DNA from: an uncultured delta proteobacterium | GTDB taxonomy: Bacteria > Desulfobacterota > Desulfomonilia > Desulfomonilales > Desulfomonilaceae | Assembly (NCBI GenBank): GCA_963789265.1 | Contig: CAWBKB010000006.1 | Span: 64,001-128,000, forward strand | Direction of reading: 5' to 3' | DNA: 64,000 nt | Shown here: positions 1 to 10,747 of the stretch, in pieces | Layout of the letters: each line of letters opens with the position of its first letter | Position numbering within the stretch: the first letter of the stretch is position 1 | Program-made: the position numbers and the translations under genes | Notes under the pieces: generated by a model | Told to the model about the DNA's origin: nothing | The model's database searches: none | Seen by the model: the letters and a program-made list of their open reading frames with translations, nothing else

Positions 1-1669
1 GTGAGTCCGGGGCGACGACAATGCCCGTACGATTACGAATTGCTTCCGCCAGATCAGTCTTGTTGAGCCTCTTGATGCTACCCCACTCGGTCTTGAACTC
101 CTTGTCCTCGGCAAAAGTCTCGAGCTTCCGGAGTTGCTCCAGGTCCGTGATCCAGCCGTCTCCGATCCTGCCTGTGATCAAGTCAGCAAGTCTGGGGTTA
201 CTCAATGCAATAAAGCGCCGGGGAGTCACGCCGTTGGTTTTGTTGCTGAACCTTTCCGGAAAGAATTCGTAAAAGTCGCGGAGCACGTGCTCTTTAAGTA
301 ACTCCGTGTGCAACTCGGCCACGCCATTTATCGAGAAGCTGCCAACACATGCGAGGTTCGCCATGCGCACGTATTTTTCTCCAGTTTCGTCGATCAGAGA
401 CATCCGGGTCGCTCGATGGTCGTCTCTCGGGTACCGAGTTCGAACTTTTTCCAGAAATCGGTGATTGATCTCGAAAATGATTTCCACATGTCTGGGAAGA
501 AGCGACTGAAACAGTGGTAAGGGCCATTTTTCCAGGGCTTCGGGCAACAAGGTATGATTTGTGTAACCAAAGGTGTTTTGGGTCACATCCCAGGCCTCGT
601 CCCATCCCAAACCGTGCTCGTCAATGAGAAGACGCATTAATTCGGGTATTGCCAATGCAGGATGTGTGTCGTTCAGTTGGACTGAAAAGAGTTTATGAAA
701 GTCCTTGGGAAGTAAATTGCCCATAGACAATATACGGAGCATATCCTGTAATGAACAGGACACAAGAAAATACTGCTGTTCCAACCTGAGCTGTTTTCCC
801 TGGGCCGGTTCGTCGTTGGGATAGAGCACTTTTGTGATGTTTTCCGAATAGATCTTCCGATCGACAGCACCGTAGTAATCCCCTATATTGAATGCCCTAA
901 AATCGAAAGATTCGATTGCTTCGGCTTTCCAAAGCCTCAAAGTGCTACAGGTGTTCACCTTGTATCCAAGAACAGGCGTATCGTAAGCAACTCCTCTGAC
1001 CACTCGCTCCGGAATCCATCGGACCTGAAGAGATCCATCATCCGATTGAACATGCCCCGTATGGCCACCGAACTTAACTTCATAAGCAATTTCCGATCTA
1101 TGACTCTCCCATGGATTTCCTAAAGATAACCACTTATCCGTGGTTTCAACCTGTTTTCCGTCTTGAATACTCTGGGAAAAGATCCCGAATTCATAACGTA
1201 TTCCGTAACCTATCGAGGGAATTTCCAGAGTGGCAAGAGAGTCCAAAAAACAGGCAGCCAGTCGACCAAGTCCCCCGTTTCCCAATCCGGGTTCCGGTTC
1301 GTGCTCCAAAAGGACATTCCAATCTTCTCCTAACTCCTCGGCACCTTTACGCACTTCTTCATAAATCCCGAGATTAATCAAATTATTCGCAAGCTGTGGT
1401 CCAATTAAGAACTCGGCGGAAAGATAGCTTACCGCACGAAGCCCCCCTTTAAGGTAAGTTTCGCCACTTCGAACCCATCGGTGAAGCAAACGATCCTTTA
1501 CCATGTAAGCGAGGGCCATGTACTTGTCGTTCAGTGTAGCTATTGCTGGAATTTTTCCTTGGGAGTATTTCAGGTGCTCCCGAACACCACTTTTGATTGC
1601 CCCGATGCTTAAGCCTGTACGACTCACCGAATCTCTTTCGATTTCACTCCGTCCGGATTTTTTTTGCAT
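1..1669 (-). CDS. glgP: Glycogen/starch phosphorylase (5' part; runs off left edge)
   Basis: Manual translation from ATG at 1669 gives YLSAEFLIG, GLGNGGLGRLAACF, KVLYPND, QLNDTHP, YTNHTLLPEALEKW, NGVAELH, NKTNGVTPRR; absent from ORF track because there is no stop in the window. Confidence 0.95.
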   Translation of the reverse strand, partial: MQKKSGRSEIERDSVSRTGLSIGAIKSGVREHLKYSQGKIPAIATLNDKYMALAYMVKDRLLHRWVRSGETYLKGGLRAVSYLSAEFLIGPQLANNLINLGIYEEVRKGAEELGEDWNVLLEHEPEPGLGNGGLGRLAACFLDSLATLEIPSIGYGIRYEFGIFSQSIQDGKQVETTDKWLSLGNPWESHRSEIAYEVKFGGHTGHVQSDDGSLQVRWIPERVVRGVAYDTPVLGYKVNTCSTLRLWKAEAIESFDFRAFNIGDYYGAVDRKIYSENITKVLYPNDEPAQGKQLRLEQQYFLVSCSLQDMLRILSMGNLLPKDFHKLFSVQLNDTHPALAIPELMRLLIDEHGLGWDEAWDVTQNTFGYTNHTLLPEALEKWPLPLFQSLLPRHVEIIFEINHRFLEKVRTRYPRDDHRATRMSLIDETGEKYVRMANLACVGSFSINGVAELHTELLKEHVLRDFYEFFPERFSNKTNGVTPRRFIALSNPRLADLITGRIGDGWITDLEQLRKLETFAEDKEFKTEWGSIKRLNKTDLAEAIRNRTGIVVAPDS

Positions 1670-2046
1670 GACCAATCCTCACATAAACTGATTCAGCGCA
1701 AGATCTTCAGATCGAATGCCGGTGGCCGCGCGTGTTAAACGTTTCCATTCAATAGTTCCAAACTTTTCAGGATCTGTGACCTCTGAGGAAAGAGATTATC
1801 AAGATAAGTGAAATCCATTTTAGCTCGCCTAGTCGGCGCGGACACCCCATAATGGGGCCTTCGCGATTAATGGCTTCTTGCATTGGAGAGTTGACATCAA
1901 TTGTGATTACGTCTTTAAGCATCCGGTCTTTAACCAGCATCTCACTACCTCCCTGACACTGGCGTGCATTTTGTGGTATCACCGCCCCCCTAGAGTCAAT
2001 AAACTATTGAGTTCGGTTCTATGACTCACAACGTTCTGTAACATTG

Positions 2047-5000
2047 CTAATCCGACGGCCTGTTCTCGGTTTCTGTAACGGGGGATTTGTTTTCTTCCGA
2101 CTCGCGCCCCCCTGTAGCTTTGCTGATCTTTTCGATGACGTAAAACAACATCGGGATGAGGAAGATCGCAATCCCGGTTGCCGCGAGCATGCCGCCGATG
2201 ACGGCCGTCCCCATTACTTGCCTGGCCATGGCCCCGGCTCCGCTGGCAATGGCCAGTGGAACACAACCGAGGATAACGCGAAGGACGTCATCAGGATCGG
2301 ACGGAGCCTGAGCCGTGCTCCGGAAAGTGTCGCGTCCATCAGATCATGGCCCGCCTCGTACTCGCTTTTTGCAAATTCGACGATCAGAATGGCATTTTTC
2401 GCAGCCAGCCCTATTAGGACTATCAACCCGATCTGCGCGTAAACGTTGAAAACCATTTCGCGTCCCAAAAGTGCCGCAAACGCACCGAACACGGCAACGG
2501 GTGTGCTGAGCAGGACGCTGAAGGGTAGCGACCAACTCTCATAAAGCGCGGCAAGTATGAGAAAGACGAACAGTAGTGAGAGCGCAAATACGGCAGCAGG
2601 CGAGATGCCTTGCTGTGCCACTTGCTCCTGGTATGACATGCCCATATAATCGAAGCCCATATCTGAAGGCATGGTTTCTTTAAAAACCTCCTCCAGGGCC
2701 TTCATTGCCTGCAATGTGCTGTAACCCGGTGCAGCCGAGGCGTTTATCTGCGCCGAGCGGTAAAGGTTATAGCGCATGGTAAACTCAGGGCCCGAGCGGC
2801 GCTCCGTCCGTGTCACTGCTGATAGCGGAACCGGGTCGCCCTTCGAGTTTTTTACATAGAATTGGTTCAGTTACTTGACGTCTGTACGGTAATCCCCTTC
2901 GGCTTCCACATACACCTGCCACTGTCTGCCGAAGCGATTGAAATAGTTTACGAACTGCCCTCCCATAAACGCTTGCAGCGTCCCATAAACCTGCCCCAGA
3001 TCCACACCCTGGCTCAACACTTTATCGCGGTCCACATCAACAAAGTACCGTGGTACGTCAGCCAGAAGGGTTGTAAATATCTGGGCGAGTTCAGGCCGCT
3101 TCTGTGCCGCTTCAATGAATTTCCGAGTATTCTCCGCCAGGAACCCGATGTCTCTGCCTGCACGGTCTTCGAGAATGAAGGTCACACCTCCCGCAGTACC
3201 AATTCCCTGGATAGCCGGCGGCGGAAAGGCCAACGCAATTCCCTGCGGCAATTGGCTGAGTTCGCGGCTGAGGTGGGCGATGATGGCCGGCGCTTTCTCT
3301 TCGTCACGCTCCCTCTCGGACCAGTCCTTGAGTTTAATGAAGAAAAAGCCGCTGTAGGTGTTTTGTATGAGGCTTAAGAGATTGAAACCGATAACTGTAG
3401 TGCAGTTTTCCACGCCGGGGGTGTTCATGATGATCTGCTCTACTAGCTTGCCTGCTTCCGAGGTACGTTGAAGCGAGGCAGCATTGGGCAGTTGAATAAC
3501 GGCGAATACATAGCCCAGGTCCTCTTCCGGCAGAAACCCGCCTGGTATCTTCTTACCGAGGAAAACGATCCCGACGCTCATGACAGCGAGAATGACAAAT
3601 CCAATAACCACCTTTCGGATAATGCCTCTCGACACGCTCACATAACCGTCGGTTCCACGGCCGAGCATACTGTTAAACGCGTTATAAAACCAATTTAGCG
3701 GGCCCCTCGCTTCCTTTTTGGGGCGAAGAAGGATTGAACAAAGCGCAGGGCTCAAAGTCAAGGCGTTGAAAGCGGAAAGAATTACCGAGATCGCAATAGT
3801 GACAGCAAATTGGGTGTACAGCCTGCCGGTAATGCCAGGGATGAATACCGTCGGGAGAAACACGGCTGCCAGGACGAGTGCGATTGCCATAACGGGGCCG
3901 GCAACCTCCTCCATCGCTTTAAGGGCCGCTTCCTTGGGCGGCACTCCCTTTTCTATATGGCGTTGCACTGCCTCGACGACGACAATGGCGTCGTCGACTA
4001 CCAGCCCTATTGCAACTACCAATCCCATGAGGGCAATCGGATTTATCGAGAAATTCAGGGCCGGGAAAAAAGCGAAGGTGCCGATGAGCGACACCGGCAC
4101 TGCGATAATGGGAATAAGTGTGGCGCGCCACCCTTGGAGGAATACGAACACTACGATGATGACGAGGAATATGGAAATGAACAAGGTCAAGACAATTTCT
4201 TTTATCCCTTCAGTGACGGAAAGCGTCGTGTCCAATGCGACTTCATAATCGAGGTCGCCTGGAAAGGATTCCTTGATTTTGGCCATCACTTTTTTGGCGC
4301 CAGTCGCCGCTTCCAGGGCGTTCGTGCCCGGAAGTTGAAAGAGCGCCAAGACTGCAGTAGGCTTGCCTTTGAAACGTCCCTCAATGTTGTAGGTTTGGGC
4401 TCCCAGTTCGAGGCGGGCAACATCGCTGAGTCGCACGAGGCTACCGTCGGGATTGGCCCGCAGAACGATTCTTCCGAACTCTTCCGGCGCGACTAATCGT
4501 CCCTGGGCCTGGATCGCATAGGTGAACTCCTGTCCCGGAGAACACGGCTCTCCCGCAACCTGTCCCGCAGGGTTTACCGTATTCTGTTTCTGTATGGCGT
4601 CTACGATCTCGGGGACGGTAATATTCAGCTTGGCCAGCCGATCCGGGCGCACCCAGCATCGAAGGGCGTACTGCCCTGCGCCGAAGACCGTCACCCTGGC
4701 AATCCCTCTTACCCGAGTCAATTGGTCGACAATGTTGATGTACGCGTAATTCGCAAGGAAAGTCTCATCATGGCTTCCTTTAGGCGAATAGAGTGCAAAG
4801 ACAATGAGCGGCGTGGTAAGCGACTTTTGGACCGTAACTCCGAAGTTCCTCACATCGGCCGGGAACTGGCTCTCTGCCTGGGACTCTCTCTGTTGCGTTA
4901 ATATCTGGTCGGTGTTGGGGTCTGTCTTCACGTCGAAATTTACAGTCAACTGCATCTGGCCGTTGTTGGCGTTAAGGGAATACATATAGTTCATGTTGTC

Positions 5001-5216
5001 TACGCCGCTCATTTTCTGCTCGAGGGGGGTGGCCACAGACTGCTCGACTGTCAAGGCATCGGCACCCACATAAAACGCCTGCGCGAGAATTTCGGGCGGA
5101 ATAATATTGGGATACTGGGCCACCGGCAGCCCCGCCATTGCGACCAGGCCAACTATTACCATTACGATAGCGATTACGATTGCAACGATAGGGCGTCTGA
5201 TAAAGAACCGGTACAT
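2047..5216 (-). CDS. HAE1-family RND efflux inner-membrane transporter, interrupted by an in-frame TAA (2871-2873) and a 1-nt deletion (~2275)
   Basis: FFIRRP, LPVAQYP, IGLVVDDAIVVVE, GLAAKNAILIVEF, RLRPILMTS motifs across three ORF pieces. Confidence 0.93.
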
Positions 5217-5221
5217 GACGG

Positions 5222-6472
5222 TTATCTCCCTTCTGTCGCAGGCAGGTGTTCCGGCTTTGTAGTGGCTTTATGAACTGGCACGGGAGATGACGGGGCAAAA
5301 GGCTTCGGATTCACGCGTATACCTTGCTTTATCTTCTGGACCCCTTCAGCTACGACGCGTTCGCCGGGCTTGAGCCCTTCCTCGATTTCCCAAAGGGAGC
5401 CATAACGCTCTCCAGGCTTGACATTTCGGATATCGACCTTATTTCCGGTGTCCACCACGGCCACTTCGTACATGCCCTGGAGTTCCATCACGGCCCGCTG
5501 CGGTACGAGCAGAGCGCCCTTTTTAGTATCGACCAAAACTCGGACTCTGACGAACTGACCGGGGCGGAGGAGGTAGTTCGGATTTGGAAAGACCGCCTCA
5601 ACCCGCAGTGTCCCTGTCCTTACGTCCACCTGCCGATCAATCGCGTAGAATTTTCCTTGGTGTGGGTAGACCGACCCGTCTTCCAACATCAGGTCTGCCC
5701 GCATCTTTTTTGCTTGTTCTAAACCGGAAGCAGGAGTCGCGAATTGTTTCATCCAGTCGATATAATCCTGTTCACTGATAAAGAAGTTCACCTTGATCGG
5801 ATCGATTGTAGAAACGGTCGTCAGCTCTGTTCTCTGACCTGCAGGACCAACAAGGTCACCTACCTGAGCCTTGGCAATGCCGGCCACGCCATCGATGGGG
5901 GATGTGATTTTCGTGAAGCCGAGGTCGAGCTGGGCCTTCTCTACCGCAGCCTTGGCCGCGAGCACTTGCCCCTCGGCTGATTTGTCGGCGGAGATGTAAG
6001 AATCAAGAGCTTCCTTGCTTATCGCTCCCTGGTCGAAAAGGGGTTGGTGGCGGAGTAGGTTGGCATGGGCATTCTTGTAGCTCGCCTCCATCTGCAGAAG
6101 GGTTCCTTGGGCTTGCTCCAGGGCGGCCTGGAAGGGACGAGGATCAATTTCGAAGAGCATCTGGCCCTTCTTGACCGAGTCCCCTGCCTTGTAATTTTGG
6201 CTGATCAGGTACCCCGTGACCTGCGCCAGGATGGTAGCATTCACCAGCCCATCTGTCGTGCCAACCCACTCGTGTACGATCGGGACGTCCTTCTGTACAA
6301 CCTCCGCGATTTCAACAACCGGCGGCGGTAGCGCCGCCGGTTGTTCCTTGCTGCACGCAAAAAGGCAGGGGAGCGCCATACAGACAAAAACCAACAGGCC
6401 ATTGCGTATGATGGTGACGAACTTGTAATCGATTTCAGATATTCCCGGGTGCAGCATGTTCTCCCCCTTCAA
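5222..6472 (-). CDS. RND periplasmic adaptor (membrane fusion lipoprotein)
   Basis: Lipobox LFAC, VKKGQMLFEIDPRPF, ITSPIDG, LLRPGQF; directly upstream of RND gene. Confidence 0.93.
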   Translation of the reverse strand: MKGENMLHPGISEIDYKFVTIIRNGLLVFVCMALPCLFACSKEQPAALPPPVVEIAEVVQKDVPIVHEWVGTTDGLVNATILAQVTGYLISQNYKAGDSVKKGQMLFEIDPRPFQAALEQAQGTLLQMEASYKNAHANLLRHQPLFDQGAISKEALDSYISADKSAEGQVLAAKAAVEKAQLDLGFTKITSPIDGVAGIAKAQVGDLVGPAGQRTELTTVSTIDPIKVNFFISEQDYIDWMKQFATPASGLEQAKKMRADLMLEDGSVYPHQGKFYAIDRQVDVRTGTLRVEAVFPNPNYLLRPGQFVRVRVLVDTKKGALLVPQRAVMELQGMYEVAVVDTGNKVDIRNVKPGERYGSLWEIEEGLKPGERVVAEGVQKIKQGIRVNPKPFAPSSPVPVHKATTKPEHLPATEGR

Positions 6473-6560
6473 ATACGTTTCAATTCGATAACCGTACGTG
6501 ACTATTTGTTCACTTGAATAACACTATCAACATTGCAACAGTATTATACAATGAACAGCA

Positions 6561-7208
6561 TTACTCGGCGAGCTTCTTGAACGCCTGCTTGATCTGAGAC
6601 ATGCCGTTCGAGAGTTCTTTTTCAAAAGTTGCGGCTTTGTCCCTGGCCATTTGTTTCTTTTCCTCAAGCTGGCGTTTGTAATCGTTTATCTGTGCAATGA
6701 GTTGCCCCTTTTTGTTCTCAAATTGAGCTCTTGCCCCAGCCTTTTTCACTTCAAATTGAACCTCCAAGGCTTCCATCTCAGCTTCTAATCCGATAGCGGC
6801 TGCGATGAACTTGTTTGCAGCCTTTTTTAGCGATTCATCAATGGATTGGCCGGCAGCGTCCAGCTCACGATCAATGGTGGTTTCCAGCGTGGCGATTGAA
6901 CGTTGGATCTTTTTCTTCTGCACTTCGAAGGCGTCTCTCGCCTCAGCCTTACCCAACGCCAGTTGAACCTGCAACTCGTCGAACCTGGCCTGGATTTCGG
7001 TTTTCTTTTCATCGGCAAGCCCTTTGGCCTTCACGACCTCGGATTTGAACCCATCCAGGGTCTCGTTCAGACGTTTCTTCCGAACTTCCAGTTCTTCTAT
7101 AGCTTGCTCTTTGGATAGTTGCAGTTGGGCCTCGATCGCTGTGGCGCTGGCCTCCCATTTATCCATCTTTGTGTCGATGGCTTCCCTAATTTCCTTAATC
7201 TTTGACAT
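6561..7208 (-). CDS. Coiled-coil hypothetical protein
   Basis: 215 aa E/K/A-rich helical ORF with GGAG RBS. Confidence 0.8.
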   Translation of the reverse strand: MSKIKEIREAIDTKMDKWEASATAIEAQLQLSKEQAIEELEVRKKRLNETLDGFKSEVVKAKGLADEKKTEIQARFDELQVQLALGKAEARDAFEVQKKKIQRSIATLETTIDRELDAAGQSIDESLKKAANKFIAAAIGLEAEMEALEVQFEVKKAGARAQFENKKGQLIAQINDYKRQLEEKKQMARDKAATFEKELSNGMSQIKQAFKKLAE

Positions 7209-7423
7209 TGGATTCTCTCCTTCAGATTTGATTTGTAAGGCGGTTTTGCCTCCGCCACGTGTCTAACGACCTATTTGGGCGTCCTTGCTACGCCCAAGCC
7301 ACCATTGTGGCCCAGCCTGCCATTATTAGGCGCAATGTCGGCCCGGACTCACTAAGCGGCTCAGATGCCGTGCATTCCATGCCTTTCAAAGAAACATCGC
7401 ACCCTCTCCAAACGCTTCGCTTC

Positions 7424-8095
7424 CTATCTGTCTTGATTACTCTCCCCGTTTCTCATCACTCCTTTGAGAAAAATGTCTCTGACACTTGACAATTCGTCTC
7501 CCTTTAGGAATCCGGCATGGTCTTCAGTCATCCGGAAGAGAAAAGTGAGGATGATTCCGTAAAGCGCTAGAGCCATGTGATGAGGATCGCCGTCGCGGAA
7601 GACGTTCGCTTTGATCCCCCTCTCAAAGATCGAGGCCAATTTCTTGAGGTATTCGTCGCGAAATTTGTGAAGATCCCGTTGGAAAGCGGCTGTTACGTCA
7701 ATGAACCCCCCTTGAGTTCCGGCAAAGAACAGGTGCGCGAACGGCAGGTTGTCAAAAAACAGTTCCCGATGAATGGTGATACATTTTTCTATCGCTCGTA
7801 CAGGATCCCGTTCCTGTTCGAGGGCCTGTAAAACAGTGTGGTGCCACCTTTCTGCCATCTGCAGAATAAGAGATCTGTACAAGTCATCCTTACCACTGAA
7901 GAATTTGTATATCGTCCCCATCCCGAACTCTGCCTCTCTCGCGATTTCGTGCATGGAAACGTTCGGATAACTCTTCTCTGAGAAGAGCTTTAGCGCGGTC
8001 TTGAGTATCTCATCTCGCTGCTGCAGGTTTAGTCGCTCGCGACGTGAAAGTTTTTCAGGTGTTTTGTCGGTCGTGCGAGACGGTGAAAAGGTCAT
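7424..8095 (-). CDS. TetR/AcrR family transcriptional regulator
   Basis: N-terminal HTH VSMHEIAREAEFGMGTIYKFFSGKDDL. Confidence 0.92.
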   Translation of the reverse strand: MTFSPSRTTDKTPEKLSRRERLNLQQRDEILKTALKLFSEKSYPNVSMHEIAREAEFGMGTIYKFFSGKDDLYRSLILQMAERWHHTVLQALEQERDPVRAIEKCITIHRELFFDNLPFAHLFFAGTQGGFIDVTAAFQRDLHKFRDEYLKKLASIFERGIKANVFRDGDPHHMALALYGIILTFLFRMTEDHAGFLKGDELSSVRDIFLKGVMRNGESNQDR

Positions 8096-8119
8096 TTATT
8101 TCTCCAATGCGTCATGGTC

Positions 8120-8168
8120 TGAACCTGAATCTGATTCAGATCATGAATCATGGTCATATAAAAGTCAA
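8120..8168 (-). promoter_or_regulatory. Putative sigma-70 promoter and palindromic TetR operator
   Basis: TTGACT (8168-8163) N17 CATGAT (8145-8140); perfect inverted repeat CTGAATC-T-GATTCAG at 8125-8139. Confidence 0.55.
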
Positions 8169-8314
8169 GCAAAAAATTTGCCGGCTCCCTTAACTGACGA
8201 GCCGCGAGCACAGTAGTTTCAGTTTCGAAAACCTACAAAAAGTTGCGTGTCAAAATATTTGGAGTTTCTCCCTGCCTGAATCGGCAAAAGGAGTGATCCA
8301 ACGTAGGATCATGA

Positions 8315-8602
<288 letters not shown>

Positions 8603-8607
8603 AAGCA

Positions 8608-9915
8608 TCATTTCTTGAAATTCCACCCCGGAAAGGTTTCCTTCATCCAGAACGTGCTAGCCACCACGATAACGGATGCTCCCAACAATACCAGCAGCAT
8701 GGCTCGATAGCCGGCAAGCGAGTATGCCCCGGATGCGACTTTGGGATACGCATCCAGGATCCGTCCGAGAATCGGCTGAAAAATCGCACCTCCTAGAAAC
8801 GGGAAGAGATTCACTGTGCCGACCGAGGTCCCCGCAATCTCAACCGGGAACAATTCCTTTGTGGTGGTGAAGCCGATCACCACCACGGCGGCCGACGAGA
8901 CCGACATCACAAAAAAGACTATGTACAGCCCCAATCTGGGGATATTCTGAGGGAATATACAGAGCACAAGCAGGTCAAGGAACAGTATGGCCGAAGCCAA
9001 GGTGAGGACTTCTTTTCTGCTGTGAAACACACGGTCGGACAAAAAGCTCACCAGAGGGCTGCCTACGATCATGCCTACTGCGATCATGTTGAGAACATGG
9101 CCGGCTTCGGAGCGGGTCATTCCGTACACCTGCATGAGATACGGGCCAGCCCACAGGCCCCCAAAACCGAAGAAAATCCCGCAAAGAAAAAAGAACCACA
9201 CCGCAATAGGCCAGAAGCTCTTTTCAGTAACGACACGGCGGGCCCCTTCCCAGGTGGATATGACAATGGGCGGTGCACAGGCACCCGGACCCAGATGATC
9301 TATTTCAGCAACCGACGGCCACCCCATGTCCTCGGGACGATTTCGAACGAACAACCACACAAGAACGGCTACAAGCAGCGTCCCCGCGGCTATAATCTCG
9401 AAGGACGCGCGCCACCCCACCCATCCGGTCATCAAGGCCAGGGGGCTTGCCGCAGTCAGCGCGCCTAAGCCTCCCATTGTTGTCAGGATAGCGGTCATAA
9501 AGGCGAATTCCCGGATCCTGAACCATTGGGATAGGATCTTCATGGTCGGTATAAACACCATAGATATGCCCAAGCCGACCATGACCCTGGAGGCAACGGC
9601 CACATCCAGGGTCGGAGCCATACCGAAGAGCAGGCTCCCAAGCGCGGCAATCATGAGAAACAAAGTCACGGTCTTGCGCGGGCCGAAAGAATCTGAAAGG
9701 AGACCGGCGGGGAACTGCATGAACGCGTAGGGGTAGAAGTACGCGGAAGCAAGAAGCCCCATAAAGCTCCCGGAGGTAGCGAAAGATTTCTGCAAGTCCA
9801 CAGCAACCACCGCGGGGCTCAACCTGTGGAAGTACACGAAAATGTAGGCCACGGCCATGATCCCAAAGATTAGCCAGCGGTAAGCGAGCACCTTGTCTGC
9901 GGGATTTTCGTCCAT
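8608..9915 (-). CDS. MFS transporter
   Basis: About 12 hydrophobic segments, GLLSDSFGPRK loop motif. Confidence 0.92.
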   Translation of the reverse strand: MDENPADKVLAYRWLIFGIMAVAYIFVYFHRLSPAVVAVDLQKSFATSGSFMGLLASAYFYPYAFMQFPAGLLSDSFGPRKTVTLFLMIAALGSLLFGMAPTLDVAVASRVMVGLGISMVFIPTMKILSQWFRIREFAFMTAILTTMGGLGALTAASPLALMTGWVGWRASFEIIAAGTLLVAVLVWLFVRNRPEDMGWPSVAEIDHLGPGACAPPIVISTWEGARRVVTEKSFWPIAVWFFFLCGIFFGFGGLWAGPYLMQVYGMTRSEAGHVLNMIAVGMIVGSPLVSFLSDRVFHSRKEVLTLASAILFLDLLVLCIFPQNIPRLGLYIVFFVMSVSSAAVVVIGFTTTKELFPVEIAGTSVGTVNLFPFLGGAIFQPILGRILDAYPKVASGAYSLAGYRAMLLVLLGASVIVVASTFWMKETFPGWNFKK

Positions 9916-10039
9916 TCGCTTTCTTTCGACAACGAGTTAGGGGAATTTCGCCGAGCCGATGGCAGCGAGTGATACAATATCAAATCAGACAACAGTTCCC
10001 CAGTGAAGATAGCGCGATAACAACAATTTTACAGATGCC

Positions 10040-10177
10040 GTCATTCTCGCGCACGCGGGAATCCATTGACCGCAGATTACGCAGATCACGCAGATAACAG
10101 AATATCGTTACTCTCGCGCACGCAGGAATCATTTTAGGGGCACCTCTTGTGGGTGCCCGTAAAAGGGCAGGCACAAC
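10040..10177. repeat. Composite palindromic (REP-like) repeat cluster
   Basis: Two GTCATTCTCGCGCACGCGGGAATC-type arms, a CGCAGAT tandem, and a TAGGGGCACC..GGGTGCCC arm; related copies at 13634 and 41568. Confidence 0.7.
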
Positions 10178-10207
10178 CTTGCGTCTCGCTGGACATGCCT
10201 ACGGACT

Positions 10208-10309
10208 TCATTCCTTCGCCCCGTGAGCTTTGAGGAATTCCGCGATTTTCATAGCGCCGGCGGAGGAAGCCAGCATTAATGATGTCACGCCGCGCTCGGT
10301 CTTAGCATT
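10208..10309 (-). pseudogene. Ankyrin-repeat protein C-terminal remnant
   Basis: Translation NAKTERGVTSLMLASSAGAMKIAEFLKAHGAKE*; upstream in-frame stop and no start codon. Confidence 0.7.
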
Positions 10310-10313
10310 ATTT

Positions 10314-10443
10314 CTCGCTCACAGGCTCAGCCTGGGAATGCCTGCCATCGAGGCTCCGCCCCGACCCTGGCAGTAACATGGTGGCAGTTTGCGGGCATAG
10401 TCGCGCGTACCGCGGGATTGCCAGGCGGAGCTGGGGAACCAGG
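10314..10443. repeat. Degenerate palindromic repeat with CAGGCTCAGCCTGGGAA ... CCAGGCGGAGCTGGGGAACCAG arms
   Basis: Imperfect inverted terminal arms, each a hairpin. Confidence 0.45.
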
Positions 10444-10537
10444 ACTCCCGATTTGCCCCGGTTCGTCACCGGAAGGGATGCAGTTCCCTCTCACTTCGTG
10501 CGGCCCCCACCTCTGGCCCGACTGCCTTTGTCCATTT

Positions 10538-10566
10538 TTGACACAGGCAGGCAGGCTTGTTATATT
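10538..10566 (+). promoter_or_regulatory. Sigma-70 promoter for the moeA locus
   Basis: TTGACA-N17-TATATT with TG extension. Confidence 0.6.
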
Positions 10567-10605
10567 TTTTGTGCGCAATTTTATCGCACGTCGAAAGACT
10601 TTATA

Positions 10606-10720
10606 ATGCTTAAACCTTTTCCGTGCGCACTCTCCCTTGAAGAAGCCAGGAGCTTGCTCAGGAATTTCGGCCCACTGGACACAGAGACCGTTCCCATTTT
10701 AGATGCTATTGAGGACCGGC
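10606..10720 (+). pseudogene. N-terminal remnant of a first moeA paralogue
   Basis: MLKPFPCALSLEEARSLLRNFGPLDTETVPILDA resembles a MoeA N-terminus, then similarity stops. Confidence 0.6.
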
Positions 10721-10747
10721 GACCTGCCGGATGGATCGAGGAGTCCC

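Noticed and set aside
1..1669. glgP looked like a pseudogene because it is missing from the ORF track
   Set aside because: The segments translated manually are in frame; the gene simply runs off the window edge
7261..7331. Possible integron attC site (GTCTAAC...ATTAGGC)
   Set aside because: Imperfect core site, no convincing L boxes, no cassette array or intact integrase
10445..10605. Moco riboswitch upstream of moeA
   Set aside because: The predicted promoter leaves too short a leader and no conserved structure was recognised
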